Assembly: GCA_043822705.1 (NCBI GenBank)
Contig: JBDRBK010000082.1
Span: 34,565 to 98,564, forward strand
From: Fidelibacterota bacterium
GTDB taxonomy: Bacteria; Fidelibacterota; Marinisomatia; Marinisomatales; TCS56
Length of the DNA: 64,000 nt
Direction: 5' to 3'
Shown: piece by piece, positions 1-10,651 of the stretch
Layout of the letters: each line of letters starts with the position of its first letter
Numbering within the stretch: the stretch's first letter is position 1
The notes under the pieces: generated by a model
Told to the model about the DNA's origin: nothing
Databases searched by the model: none
Seen by the model: only the letters and a program-made list of their open reading frames with translations
Position numbers and translations under genes: made by a program

Positions 1-4
1 TTTT

Positions 5-493
5 GTGGTGGAAACCGAAAGATCTGACTCGTTGAAAATGAAACACTATGAAGAAAAAGCGATTGCTTTTGATTTTGGTACCATTTTCAAAACCGGTTTC
101 AAGAGCATTATTTTTGGAATGGCGATCAGGAATTTTTCCAACGAAGTGAAATATGAAGAAAGTGGCTTCCAGTTGCCGCTGACTTTTAGTCTTGGTCTAT
201 CAGCGGACCTCTTTGATTTCTTACCCAGTCTGAAATTCGGCAGCCATCTCTACTGCTCAATCGATGCAGTCCATGCTCGGTCCTATCCAGAATATTTTAA
301 TTTAGGGTTTGAATATCAACTGACTGATCTGCTGGCCTTCAGGTATGGTTATCTCCATAATCGGGATGAGCGCTCATACAGTTTTGGTTTTGGTGTAAAT
401 GTTTTTGGGGCAGTGTTCGATTATTCATACACACCATTTCCGTCACCTATTTTCGATGATATTCAACGCTTCACAATTCGGTTTGCGTTATGA
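5..493 (+). CDS. PorV/PorQ (UPF0164)-family outer-membrane beta-barrel, 5'-truncated at window edge
   Basis: AFDFGTIFKTGFKSIIFGMAIRNFS...LPLTFSLG...FDYSYTPF...RFTIRF is clearly paralogous to the complete gene at 6711-7712; the frame runs off the left end. Confidence 0.8.
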   Translation: MVETERSDSLKMKHYEEKAIAFDFGTIFKTGFKSIIFGMAIRNFSNEVKYEESGFQLPLTFSLGLSADLFDFLPSLKFGSHLYCSIDAVHARSYPEYFNLGFEYQLTDLLAFRYGYLHNRDERSYSFGFGVNVFGAVFDYSYTPFPSPIFDDIQRFTIRFAL

Positions 494-542
494 TTGTTCA
501 CACTTTTTGCATCATAACCAGCATGATTATCGGGAAGACAAG

Positions 543-3500
543 ATGAAAAGGATTAATTTAACAATTTGTACTATCATTTTAGCAGTCAGTATCGGATTTG
601 CTGCTACTACAGGGAAGATAGCAGGTCATATTTCCGATGCCAGTACTGGTGATGCTTTGCAGGGTGTAAATATTATTGTTGATAAAACACATCTGGGTGC
701 TGCCAGCGATCTGGATGGTTATTTTGTAATCCTGAATGTTACACCTGGTACTCTCATACTTAAAGTTTTTATGATGGGTTACGCCAATGTCACGGTTAAT
801 AATGTTGTCGTCGCAATCAATCAGACGACCAATATAGACGTACAAATGAACGCTGATGTATTAAATATGGCCGAAGTGACGGTTGTAGCCGAACGGCCGA
901 TAGTAGAGGAAGGCGTTTCTCATAGTAAACTGAATATTTCTTCCGAGACGATTGAGACGATGCCGGTTACTAGTGTCAATGAAGTGATCGGTCTTCAAGC
1001 CGGTGTGGAGGATTTGAGCATTCGTGGCAGCAGTTCTTCAGAAACAGCGTATGTGGTGGATGGTTTCATCATGAATGATGAACGGTCTAATGTTCCCTAT
1101 TCCTCAGTTGCACTTAGTTCCGTAAAAGAAATTACCGTTCAAACCGGTGGTTTCAATGGTGAATACGGAAACAGCCGTTCCGGTGTTATTAATATTATAA
1201 CCGAGGAAGGGGATCCTAACCATTATTCCGGCACTTTTCATTTTAACTATCGTCCGCCTGGGGCAAAACACTTTGGTATTTCTCCCTATGACCCGGATTC
1301 ATATTTTTTACGTCCCTATCTCGATGAGGCCGTCTGCTGGACCGGTACTTCCTCCGGTGAACCATATGAGGATTCAAATAGCAATGGTAAATGGGACACC
1401 GGTGAATCTTTCACTGATTATAATGGTGACGGTACCAGGTCCTACTGGGATGCTGCCACTAGGTCCGAGTATCCAACCTTTATGGGTTGGAATGCAATCT
1501 CCGAAGCGCTGATGGCAGATGACGATCCATCTAATGATCTTTCACCGGAGGCTGCAAAAAAACTCTTTGAATGGCAACATCGTCGGCAGGGTGATATTAC
1601 AAAACCTGATTATACACTTGATTTCAGTGTTGGTGGTCCAATTCCGGGGATTGGAAAAAATCTTGGAAATCTGAGATTCAATTTTTCATATCGTGATTAT
1701 CAGAGCATGTTTGTCTATCCATTGTCAGTTGATGCTTACAAGGATAATATTGTTCGCTTGAAATTGACTTCAGATATTGGAGATATGAAACTGTCAATAT
1801 TCGGGTCGTATGGTTTGACAGAGTCGGTTTCGCCCTATAACTGGACACAAACGCCAACAGGAACCGTGCTGCAGTCGGTTTACTCGGTAGCCAATTTAAT
1901 CAGTGGCGAAGCACTATTTGTCCCGAGTTATTACAGTCCTACTGAAATCTACCACACGGTATTTGGTTTAAAACTCACTCACATAGTGAGTAATAAAACC
2001 TTCTATGAACTGAGTATGCAGAATCAGATAAATCGCTATAACACTTACCAGACAGATGCGCGGGATTCAACATTATATACTCCAATACCAGGTTATGCTG
2101 ATTATTTTGTCGACGAATCTCCGTATGGGTTTTATGATGCCAGTGGCCTGACTTCAATCGGCGATGAGATGCGCATCGGTGGCTGGATGAACCTGGGGCG
2201 TGATAAAAGTATTAATCGCACCTATCGCATTAAATTTGACGTTACCAGCCAGGTCAATCCCGCAAACCAAATCCGAGCCGGATTTGAGACTGTAATCAAT
2301 AATTATGATATCAAGTCATTTGCCGTCAACTCCGGTATGAGCACTTGGAACAGGGAACAGATTTATGAAGTGTCGCCTTTCCGTCTGGGGGCGTATATCA
2401 ATGACCAGTTGGAATTCAAGGGCCTGATCGCCAACCTCAGTCTACGGTTGGATTATTCGAATCCGAATACTAAATATTTCATATTAGATCCGTATGATAA
2501 TTATTTTAAATCCGGACAAGGCAATCTGATTGAAGAAAATGCTCCTGCTGAAGATGCTGATCCAGAATTGACTCTGAGTCCACGGCTTGGTATTTCCCAT
2601 CCTATCAGCGCAACTTCAAAATTATATTTTAATTATGGTCATTATCGCTCGGAGGCTTCATCAAGCAGCCGTTTCAGCCTGCAGCGTGAATACAACGGCC
2701 AGATAACCGATGTCGGCAATCCCAATCTTCAACAAGAAAAAACAGTGGCCTATGAAATTGGATATTCACAAAGTCTATTTGACCAATACCTGATTAATCT
2801 GGCTGGGTATTACAAGAATGTCACAAATCAGGTTGGTTGGGTTGTTTATGAAAGCATTAATACTGCGGTTGATTATGTTGTAGCCGACAATAATCAATAT
2901 GAAGATATTCGCGGGGCTGAAATTACTATTGAGAAACGCAGCGGCGACTGGCTGACCGGATTTGTTAATTACACCTATATGATTAACACTTATGGTTATT
3001 TTGGATTGTTGGAAAATTATGAGAATCCAACCAAAATGCGTGAATATCTCAAGGATAATGAATATCAGGAAAAGCCGGTTCCACGTCCCTATGCCCGCGC
3101 TGGCATTGATCTGCACTCACCAGATCGTTATGGACTGCGGTTGGGTGGTTTTTATCCTTTGGGTGGCATCACACTTAATATTCTTGCTTCATGGAAAACC
3201 GGCAGTTACAGCACGTATAATCCAAACAACCAGGCTGGTATTATCAATAATGTTCAATGGGTTGATTCATACAGTATCAAATTGCGACTCACAAAAAATA
3301 TCCAGTTAAAAAATGCCGATATGCAGTTCTATGTTGATGTATCCAACGCCCTGGATACCAAATTCCTGAGTTATACCGGGTTTGCCAGTAGCCAGGATTA
3401 TGATGATTATCTTGCCTCACTGCATTTTGAATGGGAAGATGGAATCCAAAAGGGGAAGGATCGGCTGGGTACTTATCGTGATTTTAATGTGGATTATGTG

Positions 3501-3839
3501 CCAATGCGGGAAATATCATATAACCCACTCGACCCGATGATTCAAGCCGATGACCTTAAGACTGGTGAAAGCGGAGCTGTCTATAAGTTCGAAGGTTATC
3601 CGATTACCGGTTACCAATTAGATGAAGATGATAACATAATCGGATATACTTACGATTACACTCAAACAGCCACTCAATACATTGGTTATGACTATTCGGA
3701 AGACGGTTGGCACCCGATTAATAAATCAGCCTTCAATAAATTATTGGAAAATAAAGCCTATATCGATATGCCAAATATTCAATCAATGACTTTCCATAGT
3801 CCCCGCGAAATTAAAATTGGCATTCAAATCTCATTCTAA
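543..3839 (+). CDS. TonB-dependent receptor with N-terminal carboxypeptidase-regulatory-like domain
   Basis: Signal peptide MKRINL..; TTGKIAGHISDASTGDALQGVNI (CarboxypepD_reg-like); plug motifs IRGS, TGGFNGEYGN..SGVINI; SPRLGISHPI; GNPNL..EKTVAYEIG; C-terminal PREIKIGIQISF. Start moved to ATG 543. Confidence 0.9.
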   Translation: MKRINLTICTIILAVSIGFAATTGKIAGHISDASTGDALQGVNIIVDKTHLGAASDLDGYFVILNVTPGTLILKVFMMGYANVTVNNVVVAINQTTNIDVQMNADVLNMAEVTVVAERPIVEEGVSHSKLNISSETIETMPVTSVNEVIGLQAGVEDLSIRGSSSSETAYVVDGFIMNDERSNVPYSSVALSSVKEITVQTGGFNGEYGNSRSGVINIITEEGDPNHYSGTFHFNYRPPGAKHFGISPYDPDSYFLRPYLDEAVCWTGTSSGEPYEDSNSNGKWDTGESFTDYNGDGTRSYWDAATRSEYPTFMGWNAISEALMADDDPSNDLSPEAAKKLFEWQHRRQGDITKPDYTLDFSVGGPIPGIGKNLGNLRFNFSYRDYQSMFVYPLSVDAYKDNIVRLKLTSDIGDMKLSIFGSYGLTESVSPYNWTQTPTGTVLQSVYSVANLISGEALFVPSYYSPTEIYHTVFGLKLTHIVSNKTFYELSMQNQINRYNTYQTDARDSTLYTPIPGYADYFVDESPYGFYDASGLTSIGDEMRIGGWMNLGRDKSINRTYRIKFDVTSQVNPANQIRAGFETVINNYDIKSFAVNSGMSTWNREQIYEVSPFRLGAYINDQLEFKGLIANLSLRLDYSNPNTKYFILDPYDNYFKSGQGNLIEENAPAEDADPELTLSPRLGISHPISATSKLYFNYGHYRSEASSSSRFSLQREYNGQITDVGNPNLQQEKTVAYEIGYSQSLFDQYLINLAGYYKNVTNQVGWVVYESINTAVDYVVADNNQYEDIRGAEITIEKRSGDWLTGFVNYTYMINTYGYFGLLENYENPTKMREYLKDNEYQEKPVPRPYARAGIDLHSPDRYGLRLGGFYPLGGITLNILASWKTGSYSTYNPNNQAGIINNVQWVDSYSIKLRLTKNIQLKNADMQFYVDVSNALDTKFLSYTGFASSQDYDDYLASLHFEWEDGIQKGKDRLGTYRDFNVDYVPMREISYNPLDPMIQADDLKTGESGAVYKFEGYPITGYQLDEDDNIIGYTYDYTQTATQYIGYDYSEDGWHPINKSAFNKLLENKAYIDMPNIQSMTFHSPREIKIGIQISF

Positions 3840-3862
3840 CCAGAGAATGATTGGGATCTAAA

Positions 3863-6067
3863 ATGAAAAAATTCTTCAAACAGAATATGCGTGGTGTAAA
3901 TCAGAGCGTTGTAGTGCTGATCTTTCTAGTCTTCACTGGAATCCAGGCTCAGAATGACAATGCTGTCGATCCGAATAGTAAAAGCTATATCAGGGTCGGT
4001 AGTCTTCAAAGCCATATTTCAGCTTATGGAGCCGAACGAGCCTGGACCGGCAGTTATTATGAAGGTCTAATCTGGCCGGCTGATTATCTCTACCAGGACA
4101 ATGCTGTTATTAAACGATCCTTCCTGGCAGTTGAAAATTGGACTGACGCAGTTGGTGAACCCTGGGATTACTGGGCTACTTATATTTCACTTGGCAATGC
4201 AGACCTGACACTATTTCCAGTAGAACTCAGTCAGGTATCGAAGTATGATCTGCCACTTGTATTGGTAGATGGTAATAATATTTCCGCGCCCCTCATGAAT
4301 GATATTACTGAACCGATTAATCCTGATCAAATTCCTGACCGGATTGTTACAAATACGGTTAATACTTTCTGCGGACTAACTTTTACACGACGCGTGCTGG
4401 CTTTCACGCAACAATACCATGATAACTATTTCATTAAAGAAATTGTACTACACAATACTGGTAATACTGATTACGATGATGATATTGAATTGACCAACAT
4501 GCTTCATGGTGTGCGCATTGGATGGAGCACGCGCTATGCTGTCAGCCGTGATGGTGCCTCAACGATGGCCGATGGCAGTCAGAAGTGGGGTAAGCATACC
4601 TGGGTTACCAAGCGTGGAGAAGATTATGCTAGCCACCAAGGTGAGATGTTTACCGAAGCAGAGGGAATCCAGGACTGGATTCGCTTGGGATTTTGCTATC
4701 TCGGGCAAAATGAGGCCAGTACCTATAGTACTATCGGAGCCCCGGACTTATACGAAAATGGACGTCTTTGCTCCCCACAGCACGTTGGTACTGGAATTCT
4801 GCATGTTCCTGTGAGTACTATTGATACAACCGACGATGCAACTCAACCCGCGGTATTGGGTTGGCATGCCGGAGATACATATCCCACAGGAGGTTCCAAC
4901 AATAAAGGTTCCATTCCAGCCATGAAACAGATGTGGGATTTTCTGGATGGAATTCCTTTTGGAATTGGGATGGGTGACGATGACCGCATGGATGAAACCC
5001 ATATGACTGATAACTGGGTTGATCCATACACCATACATCGTGATGGAGGTGGTACCAATTTGTGGATTGGGTATGGACCATTTGATATTCCGCATGGTGA
5101 TAGTGTGGTGATAGTTGAAGTGGAAGCGATTGATGGTCTGGATCGTGAAAAGTGTATTCAAATCGGACGAAAATGGTACGAAGCCTATAAGTCGGAAAAT
5201 CAGAGTACTTCATATGACTTTGAAATGCCTGATGGCACGATCAAAACCGGTACATATGCCGATGGTAGTGCCGATGCATATAAAAATGCCTGGATTTTCA
5301 CAGGTAAAGATTCAATTCTGAAAACTATTGGCCGAGCGTACCGGAATTATAAATCCGGCTATGCCATTCCACAACCACCGGCACCACCGACTACCTTTGA
5401 AGTGGCCTCAGGGGGCGATAAAATCACTTTATCATGGAATTTAAGTCCTGATGATAGTGAACCTGATTTTGCCGGTTACAGAATCTATCGAGCAGTGCAT
5501 AAACCAGATACGGTTCATACATTGTTAGCAACAGTCGGTGCTGGTATCACGAGCTATGAAGATAAAACACCTTCACGGGGCTTGGATTATTATTATTACA
5601 TAACGGCCTTTAATGATGGCAGTAATAACACCAGCGGCGAATTGAATCCGTCAGGACCTTTAGAAAGCGGCCGGTTCTATACCAAGACTACTGAACCTGC
5701 CAACCTTAAGCGTAAGCAAGGTGAAAACCTGGCAGACATCATCATTGTCCCAAATCCATATAATATCAGTGCCAATAAGCTTCAATATAGTGAAAGCGGT
5801 GTAGACAAAATTGGATTTCTGAATATTCCTGGGAAATGTGTGATAAAAATATACAGTGAACGGGGAGATTTGATTGAGACAATCCAGCATGATGATGGCA
5901 GTGGAGACGAATATTGGAATTCGATCTCATCCGCACGCCAGGTTGTAGTCAGCGGTCTTTATATCGCATATTTTGAGGTTTCTGAAAATATTTTTGATGA
6001 GGAAACCGGTGAAAAGATTTTCTCCAAGGGAGAAAATACATTTCGAAAATTTATTATTGTCAGGTAA
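3863..6067 (+). CDS. Secreted FN3-domain protein with T9SS-like C-terminal domain (TBDR-associated)
   Basis: Signal peptide; PQPPAPP linker then FN3 (ITLSW..GYRIYR..YYYYITAF); C-terminal IIIVPNPY..CVIKIYSERGDLIETI..W..SGLYIA; start could be 3851, 3863 or 3887. Confidence 0.75.
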   Translation: MKKFFKQNMRGVNQSVVVLIFLVFTGIQAQNDNAVDPNSKSYIRVGSLQSHISAYGAERAWTGSYYEGLIWPADYLYQDNAVIKRSFLAVENWTDAVGEPWDYWATYISLGNADLTLFPVELSQVSKYDLPLVLVDGNNISAPLMNDITEPINPDQIPDRIVTNTVNTFCGLTFTRRVLAFTQQYHDNYFIKEIVLHNTGNTDYDDDIELTNMLHGVRIGWSTRYAVSRDGASTMADGSQKWGKHTWVTKRGEDYASHQGEMFTEAEGIQDWIRLGFCYLGQNEASTYSTIGAPDLYENGRLCSPQHVGTGILHVPVSTIDTTDDATQPAVLGWHAGDTYPTGGSNNKGSIPAMKQMWDFLDGIPFGIGMGDDDRMDETHMTDNWVDPYTIHRDGGGTNLWIGYGPFDIPHGDSVVIVEVEAIDGLDREKCIQIGRKWYEAYKSENQSTSYDFEMPDGTIKTGTYADGSADAYKNAWIFTGKDSILKTIGRAYRNYKSGYAIPQPPAPPTTFEVASGGDKITLSWNLSPDDSEPDFAGYRIYRAVHKPDTVHTLLATVGAGITSYEDKTPSRGLDYYYYITAFNDGSNNTSGELNPSGPLESGRFYTKTTEPANLKRKQGENLADIIIVPNPYNISANKLQYSESGVDKIGFLNIPGKCVIKIYSERGDLIETIQHDDGSGDEYWNSISSARQVVVSGLYIAYFEVSENIFDEETGEKIFSKGENTFRKFIIVR

Positions 6068-6073
6068 AGGGTA

Positions 6074-6697
6074 ATGAATCGCATGAACAGTAAAATGATA
6101 GCAAGAATATTACCACTGATCTTTTTGACCGGATTTTTCTTTTGCTGTGATGATTTCAAAGATGAAGAATATGAATTATCTGAACTGGATCGGGCTGTGA
6201 CGTCGATTATTCGAGATGCACTTCTGATAATCGAAATTGATTTGGATGATCTTACAAAATTTGATGCAACCTGGTTTGGTTCAGAAATTTACTCTAATAT
6301 AAGTAGAATATTGGATACACTGGCAAAGTATGATCAAGAACTGATAATACAGGACAGTTGTTATCGGATTGATATCAGTGGTAGTGATTCATCTTATTTT
6401 TATGTTGAGACGAATCAAGCGGGTGAGTTTGTTTTTTGTTTCAATGAACCGATCAAATTTGAATTGATAGATGATTCAGGTATAATATTGACTAATAAAT
6501 CCAACAGTTATTCTCTGGAAGAGGTAGCTGGTGGCGTGACCTATTACACCGATGAGAATTTTAAACAGACACTGGAATATTATATTGCATTGAAAAACAC
6601 CTATGATCTGGAAGCGAATCGTTATTTAGGTCGGATAATAAAAACTGATATGATAACCGAAACTGTTGTTAAAACAGTCATTAAAGCGACTATCTGA
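6074..6697 (+). CDS. Hypothetical lipoprotein
   Basis: 207-aa ORF within operon, hydrophobic N-terminus ending FFCC followed by acidic DDFKDEE. Confidence 0.7.
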   Translation: MNRMNSKMIARILPLIFLTGFFFCCDDFKDEEYELSELDRAVTSIIRDALLIIEIDLDDLTKFDATWFGSEIYSNISRILDTLAKYDQELIIQDSCYRIDISGSDSSYFYVETNQAGEFVFCFNEPIKFELIDDSGIILTNKSNSYSLEEVAGGVTYYTDENFKQTLEYYIALKNTYDLEANRYLGRIIKTDMITETVVKTVIKATI

Positions 6698-6710
6698 GGA
6701 GGATGCGGAC

Positions 6711-7712
6711 ATGAAAATACTCAACCTCAATCGCCGATCTGTCATGGCTGTGAACCTGATTTTAACAATAATTTGCTTGAATTCTGTTACGGCTGAGAAA
6801 AAACTTGGCCAGACCGGCTTCCAATTTCTGAGCGTATCATCTGATGCCAGGGCTGGCGCTATGGCAGGAGCGGTTACAACGACTTTATATAATTCAACTG
6901 CCCTGTTTTTCAATCCGGCCGGATTATCAAGGATGGAAGAAACGCTTGATATCTCTATGAGCCGTAATTACTGGATAGCCGATATCAATTATTTGGCTTT
7001 CAGTGGTGCCTTTAAACCGGTTGGAGGAAGATTTGGCGTAGTTGCCTTTTCGATATCTGCGATTGATTATGGAGAAATACAGGGAGCAATGCGTTGGGAT
7101 AATCTGGATGGTTATATCCTGACCGAAACAATGAATCCGGCTGCAATTTCTGTTGGAGTCGGTTATGCTAAATCACTGTCGGATCAATTTTCGGTAGGCG
7201 GACAAATCAAACTGGCGGCCCAACAGTTGGGTAAGAGTGTAGTACCTCAAGGCGACAGTCTGACAGTGATAAAAAATCTGGCAGCCGAATATGCTTTTGA
7301 TTTTGGTACAATGTACCGGACGAGTTTCAAGTCATTAGTATTCGGCATGACCGTTCGCAATTTTTCTAAGGAAGTTAAATACGAGACAGAAAGCTTTCAG
7401 ATGCCCCTGATGTTCACAATGGGGATTTCATTCGATCTAATGGATTTTATGCCTGGCGATAACGGCAATTCTTTACTGTTTGCCGTCGATGCGTTACATC
7501 CCCGGTCATATCCGGAGCAGCTAAAATTCGGGCTGGAGTATTCTTTTGGAGAACTGGCCAGCCTGCGACTGGGATATCATCTGGTATCGGATGAGCAGAA
7601 GGTCGCCTTTGGATTCGGTGTGAACAAATTTGGCTTGGCACTTGACTATGCCTACACGCCATTCGGTGTTTTTGACAACGTTCAACGAATAACAATTAGA
7701 TTTTCAATTTAA
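6711..7712 (+). CDS. PorV/PorQ (UPF0164)-family outer-membrane beta-barrel
   Basis: GQTGFQFLSVSSDARAGAMAGA..ALFFNPAGL motif, LDYAYTPFGVF, terminal aromatic strand; RBS GAGGAGG before ATG 6711. Confidence 0.88.
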   Translation: MKILNLNRRSVMAVNLILTIICLNSVTAEKKLGQTGFQFLSVSSDARAGAMAGAVTTTLYNSTALFFNPAGLSRMEETLDISMSRNYWIADINYLAFSGAFKPVGGRFGVVAFSISAIDYGEIQGAMRWDNLDGYILTETMNPAAISVGVGYAKSLSDQFSVGGQIKLAAQQLGKSVVPQGDSLTVIKNLAAEYAFDFGTMYRTSFKSLVFGMTVRNFSKEVKYETESFQMPLMFTMGISFDLMDFMPGDNGNSLLFAVDALHPRSYPEQLKFGLEYSFGELASLRLGYHLVSDEQKVAFGFGVNKFGLALDYAYTPFGVFDNVQRITIRFSI

Positions 7713-7748
7713 TGCGGATAGCACAAACTTTTGAATCAGGAGATTAAA

Positions 7749-8999
7749 ATGGGTAAACAATATATTACCTTCCTAATGTTAAGCAGTATTTTACTTATTG
7801 GAACTGGTTGTGATAATAAAGTAACACCCAGTATCTATGACCGGGATGCAGTCGGAAACGATGCACCGATTATTGACACCGTTGAACCGTCCAGTGTTTA
7901 TGCTCTAATTGATAATATTACTATCACCGGTGATAATTTCTCGGACAACCCGTTATTAAATTATGTTTATTTCGGCAACGCCAAGGCTACAATATTGGAA
8001 AATTCTACCACACAATTGGTAGTACTAGCTCCATACATCGAAGGTGATTCCCTGACCGTAAAGGTAGCCGCATCCGGTGCGTATGCTTTTGGAGAATACT
8101 CACCCTATAAAATTGAATTCGCCGCTATTGAGTATGGTGGCATAACTGAAACCCATGGTGTTAGCGCGGTGGCCTGTGCCGATTCGGAGAAAGTATATAT
8201 TTGTTCCGGTGGACTCATGAAGATCCAGCTTATAACTCCAGAAAGCGATAGTCCCGAAGATTTTGCCTCAATACCATTAACTCTATTATCAACACCATTT
8301 ATTAATATGAGTGTGGGTCCCAATGGCTATCTTTATGGTACTAACCGCAAAGTGGTCTACTATGTGAGTCCTGATGGTAGCATAGTCGATAAATACGCTA
8401 CCCTGGGTGGTAATGCCAATGATATCGATTTTGATATCAACGATAATATGTTTGTTGCCTCGCGGGGAGCGATATACTGCATACAGGCGGATACCACTGT
8501 TACCAAGGCCGCTACCTATGATAGTCGCCACGATCTGAAATCATTACGGATTTACGATGGCTATGTTTATGCAGCAGGTGCATACACTGGCACCAATGTC
8601 ACCTACATTAAACGTGGTGTCTGGCGTAACCAGATTCTGGATGCTAATGGCACTTTGGGTGCCTGGGAAAATGTCTTCGATTGGGGCTCATATATTGGAA
8701 CGGCGGGACCGGATCTTCTATCAATCACGTTTAATGCTGATGGAGTCATGTACCTGGGAGCCGATGAAGCGGTTGGATTTGACGCTATTTACATGCTTGA
8801 ACCGGACGGCGGTGGTTCTTATCTTACATCGGTACCAGAACCACTCTTTCCCGCAGTCTTGAATGCTCCGACTAATAATTTTGTCTGGGGCAGCGATCAG
8901 TACCTCTATGTCAATCGCATGGGGGTGGCTGCAGGGGATAAACGTTTGATCAGAATTACAACGGGAAAACTGTCGGCGCCTTATTATGGCCGCGAATAA
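7749..8999 (+). CDS. IPT/TIG-domain lipoprotein with beta-propeller
   Basis: Lipobox GTGC; PIIDTVEP..ITITGDNFS..VYFG..ATILENSTTQLVV (IPT/TIG); NHL-like blades downstream. Confidence 0.8.
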   Translation: MGKQYITFLMLSSILLIGTGCDNKVTPSIYDRDAVGNDAPIIDTVEPSSVYALIDNITITGDNFSDNPLLNYVYFGNAKATILENSTTQLVVLAPYIEGDSLTVKVAASGAYAFGEYSPYKIEFAAIEYGGITETHGVSAVACADSEKVYICSGGLMKIQLITPESDSPEDFASIPLTLLSTPFINMSVGPNGYLYGTNRKVVYYVSPDGSIVDKYATLGGNANDIDFDINDNMFVASRGAIYCIQADTTVTKAATYDSRHDLKSLRIYDGYVYAAGAYTGTNVTYIKRGVWRNQILDANGTLGAWENVFDWGSYIGTAGPDLLSITFNADGVMYLGADEAVGFDAIYMLEPDGGGSYLTSVPEPLFPAVLNAPTNNFVWGSDQYLYVNRMGVAAGDKRLIRITTGKLSAPYYGRE

Positions 9000-9098
9000 A
9001 CAGACTTATGCAAGTGAATATGCAGTGCGCACTGCGACTTTCATAAGAAACTTAACTAAATAGTTGAGTACTTAACTAAAATCACAAAGGATACAAAA

Positions 9099-10523
9099 AT
9101 GAAAAGAGTGATACTAGTTGTTCTGGCATTGACCTTGTTTACCAGTTCGGCCTTCGCTGTGGCTGGCTGGCAATTCAAGGATTGTGCCGTTGTTGGAAGA
9201 GAATCAGGTTCGGATGATCAAGCGGTAAACGTACCAGGATATAAGAACGCTTACGGCGTTACCGTTGATCCAGATGGCAATATCTGGTTTGGAGCCTACT
9301 ATCAACGTTATAACTACGATGTTGAGACACCATATTATCCCGATGATGTTTCGATTCTGGTACCCGGTGGTGCCTCGGGTGGAGGTGATACGACTATTGT
9401 GAAAGGAACCTATCCGATCTTCCGCTTGAATACTGATGGCAGCTACGATGTATTCCAGTTCCTGCAGTGGGATGATGGTGTCACCGTTGATACAACCTGG
9501 TATGGAAACCGTGGAATGTGCACCGATGTTGATGGCAATATTGTCGTCTCAACCAGTGGCGGATTGATGTACCATATCAATTACCAGACTGGTGAATTAA
9601 TGGCTACCTATCAAAACAGCGGTAAGTTCGGACACCGTCCGGCCGCCGATGCCAATGGCTATATCTACCATGGTGACTTGTTCGGCGGTAATCCGGTAGA
9701 TGTGCTGGATTCCTATGATTTCTCCGTTTACACTCAGGTTACGGCAACCCAGCCTGGTGCTGTTTGTCGCGGGCTGAGCTGCAATACGACAGGAACCGAA
9801 GTATATATTGCCGGGAACTCAGGTGGCAACGGTATTTTCAAATTCTACAGTGAACAGGGTCCCGATGGAACCTATGCCTTAACCGACACTCTGATCAAAT
9901 CGATCATGGTCGGCTCCACAGAGATGTTCCCTGGTGTTACCTGCTGCACTTATGAACCAAGCACCGGCTATGTCTGGTTTTCCACGATTCAGGGTGACGC
10001 TCTGGAAGCCTACTGGGCTGTTGATCCCGCCAATGACGCCATTGTTGACAGTGTCAGTCATTTTTTCTTTGGACCTACGACTGACACCACCAGTGGTGGT
10101 TATGCGTCACCATGGGTCGTTCGTTGCCCTCGCGATGTGGCCTTCAGCAATGATGGTTTAGAAATGTACATTGCCGATATGTACGGCTATACCATCAAGA
10201 CCTGGGAACATGTAGATGAACTGCCAGAGTTAGGTACTGCCGCCAACCACGCGCTGCCGAAAGCGTTCAAACTCAGCCAGAACTATCCGAATCCCTTCAA
10301 CCCGGTTACGATCATTCCGTTCGAACTGGCCAACAGCAGTATGGTCAGACTGACCGTGTATGATCTCACCGGTCGTACCGTCGCGACGCTGATCAATCAG
10401 AATCTCAGCGCCGGAACGCATAGCGCCGAATTCGACGGAACCCGTCTGGCTTCCGGTCCCTATTTCTATGAACTGACCATTGACGGTCAGCGGAACGTCA
10501 AGAAGATGCTGTTGCTCAAATAA
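9099..10523 (+). CDS. T9SS type-A sorting-domain protein (beta-propeller)
   Basis: Signal peptide; YGVTVDPDGNIWF and PRDVAFS propeller motifs; CTD LSQNYPNPFNP..VYDLTGR..KKMLLLK. Confidence 0.85.
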   Translation: MKRVILVVLALTLFTSSAFAVAGWQFKDCAVVGRESGSDDQAVNVPGYKNAYGVTVDPDGNIWFGAYYQRYNYDVETPYYPDDVSILVPGGASGGGDTTIVKGTYPIFRLNTDGSYDVFQFLQWDDGVTVDTTWYGNRGMCTDVDGNIVVSTSGGLMYHINYQTGELMATYQNSGKFGHRPAADANGYIYHGDLFGGNPVDVLDSYDFSVYTQVTATQPGAVCRGLSCNTTGTEVYIAGNSGGNGIFKFYSEQGPDGTYALTDTLIKSIMVGSTEMFPGVTCCTYEPSTGYVWFSTIQGDALEAYWAVDPANDAIVDSVSHFFFGPTTDTTSGGYASPWVVRCPRDVAFSNDGLEMYIADMYGYTIKTWEHVDELPELGTAANHALPKAFKLSQNYPNPFNPVTIIPFELANSSMVRLTVYDLTGRTVATLINQNLSAGTHSAEFDGTRLASGPYFYELTIDGQRNVKKMLLLK

Positions 10524-10542
10524 CAGCCTTTTCCGTTTCTTT

Positions 10543-10580
10543 GAAAGCCTCCGCTGCGGCGGAGGCTTTCATTTTTTTTT
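10543..10580 (+). terminator. Rho-independent terminator
   Basis: Perfect 12-bp stem GAAAGCCTCCGC/GCGGAGGCTTTC, 4-nt loop, followed by A then T9. Confidence 0.9.
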
Positions 10581-10651
10581 AAAACAGCCAGTAATTCCGA
10601 AATAATTTCGGTTTTTGGTTATAGCAGTTGAATCAACATGGTAGCAGAACA

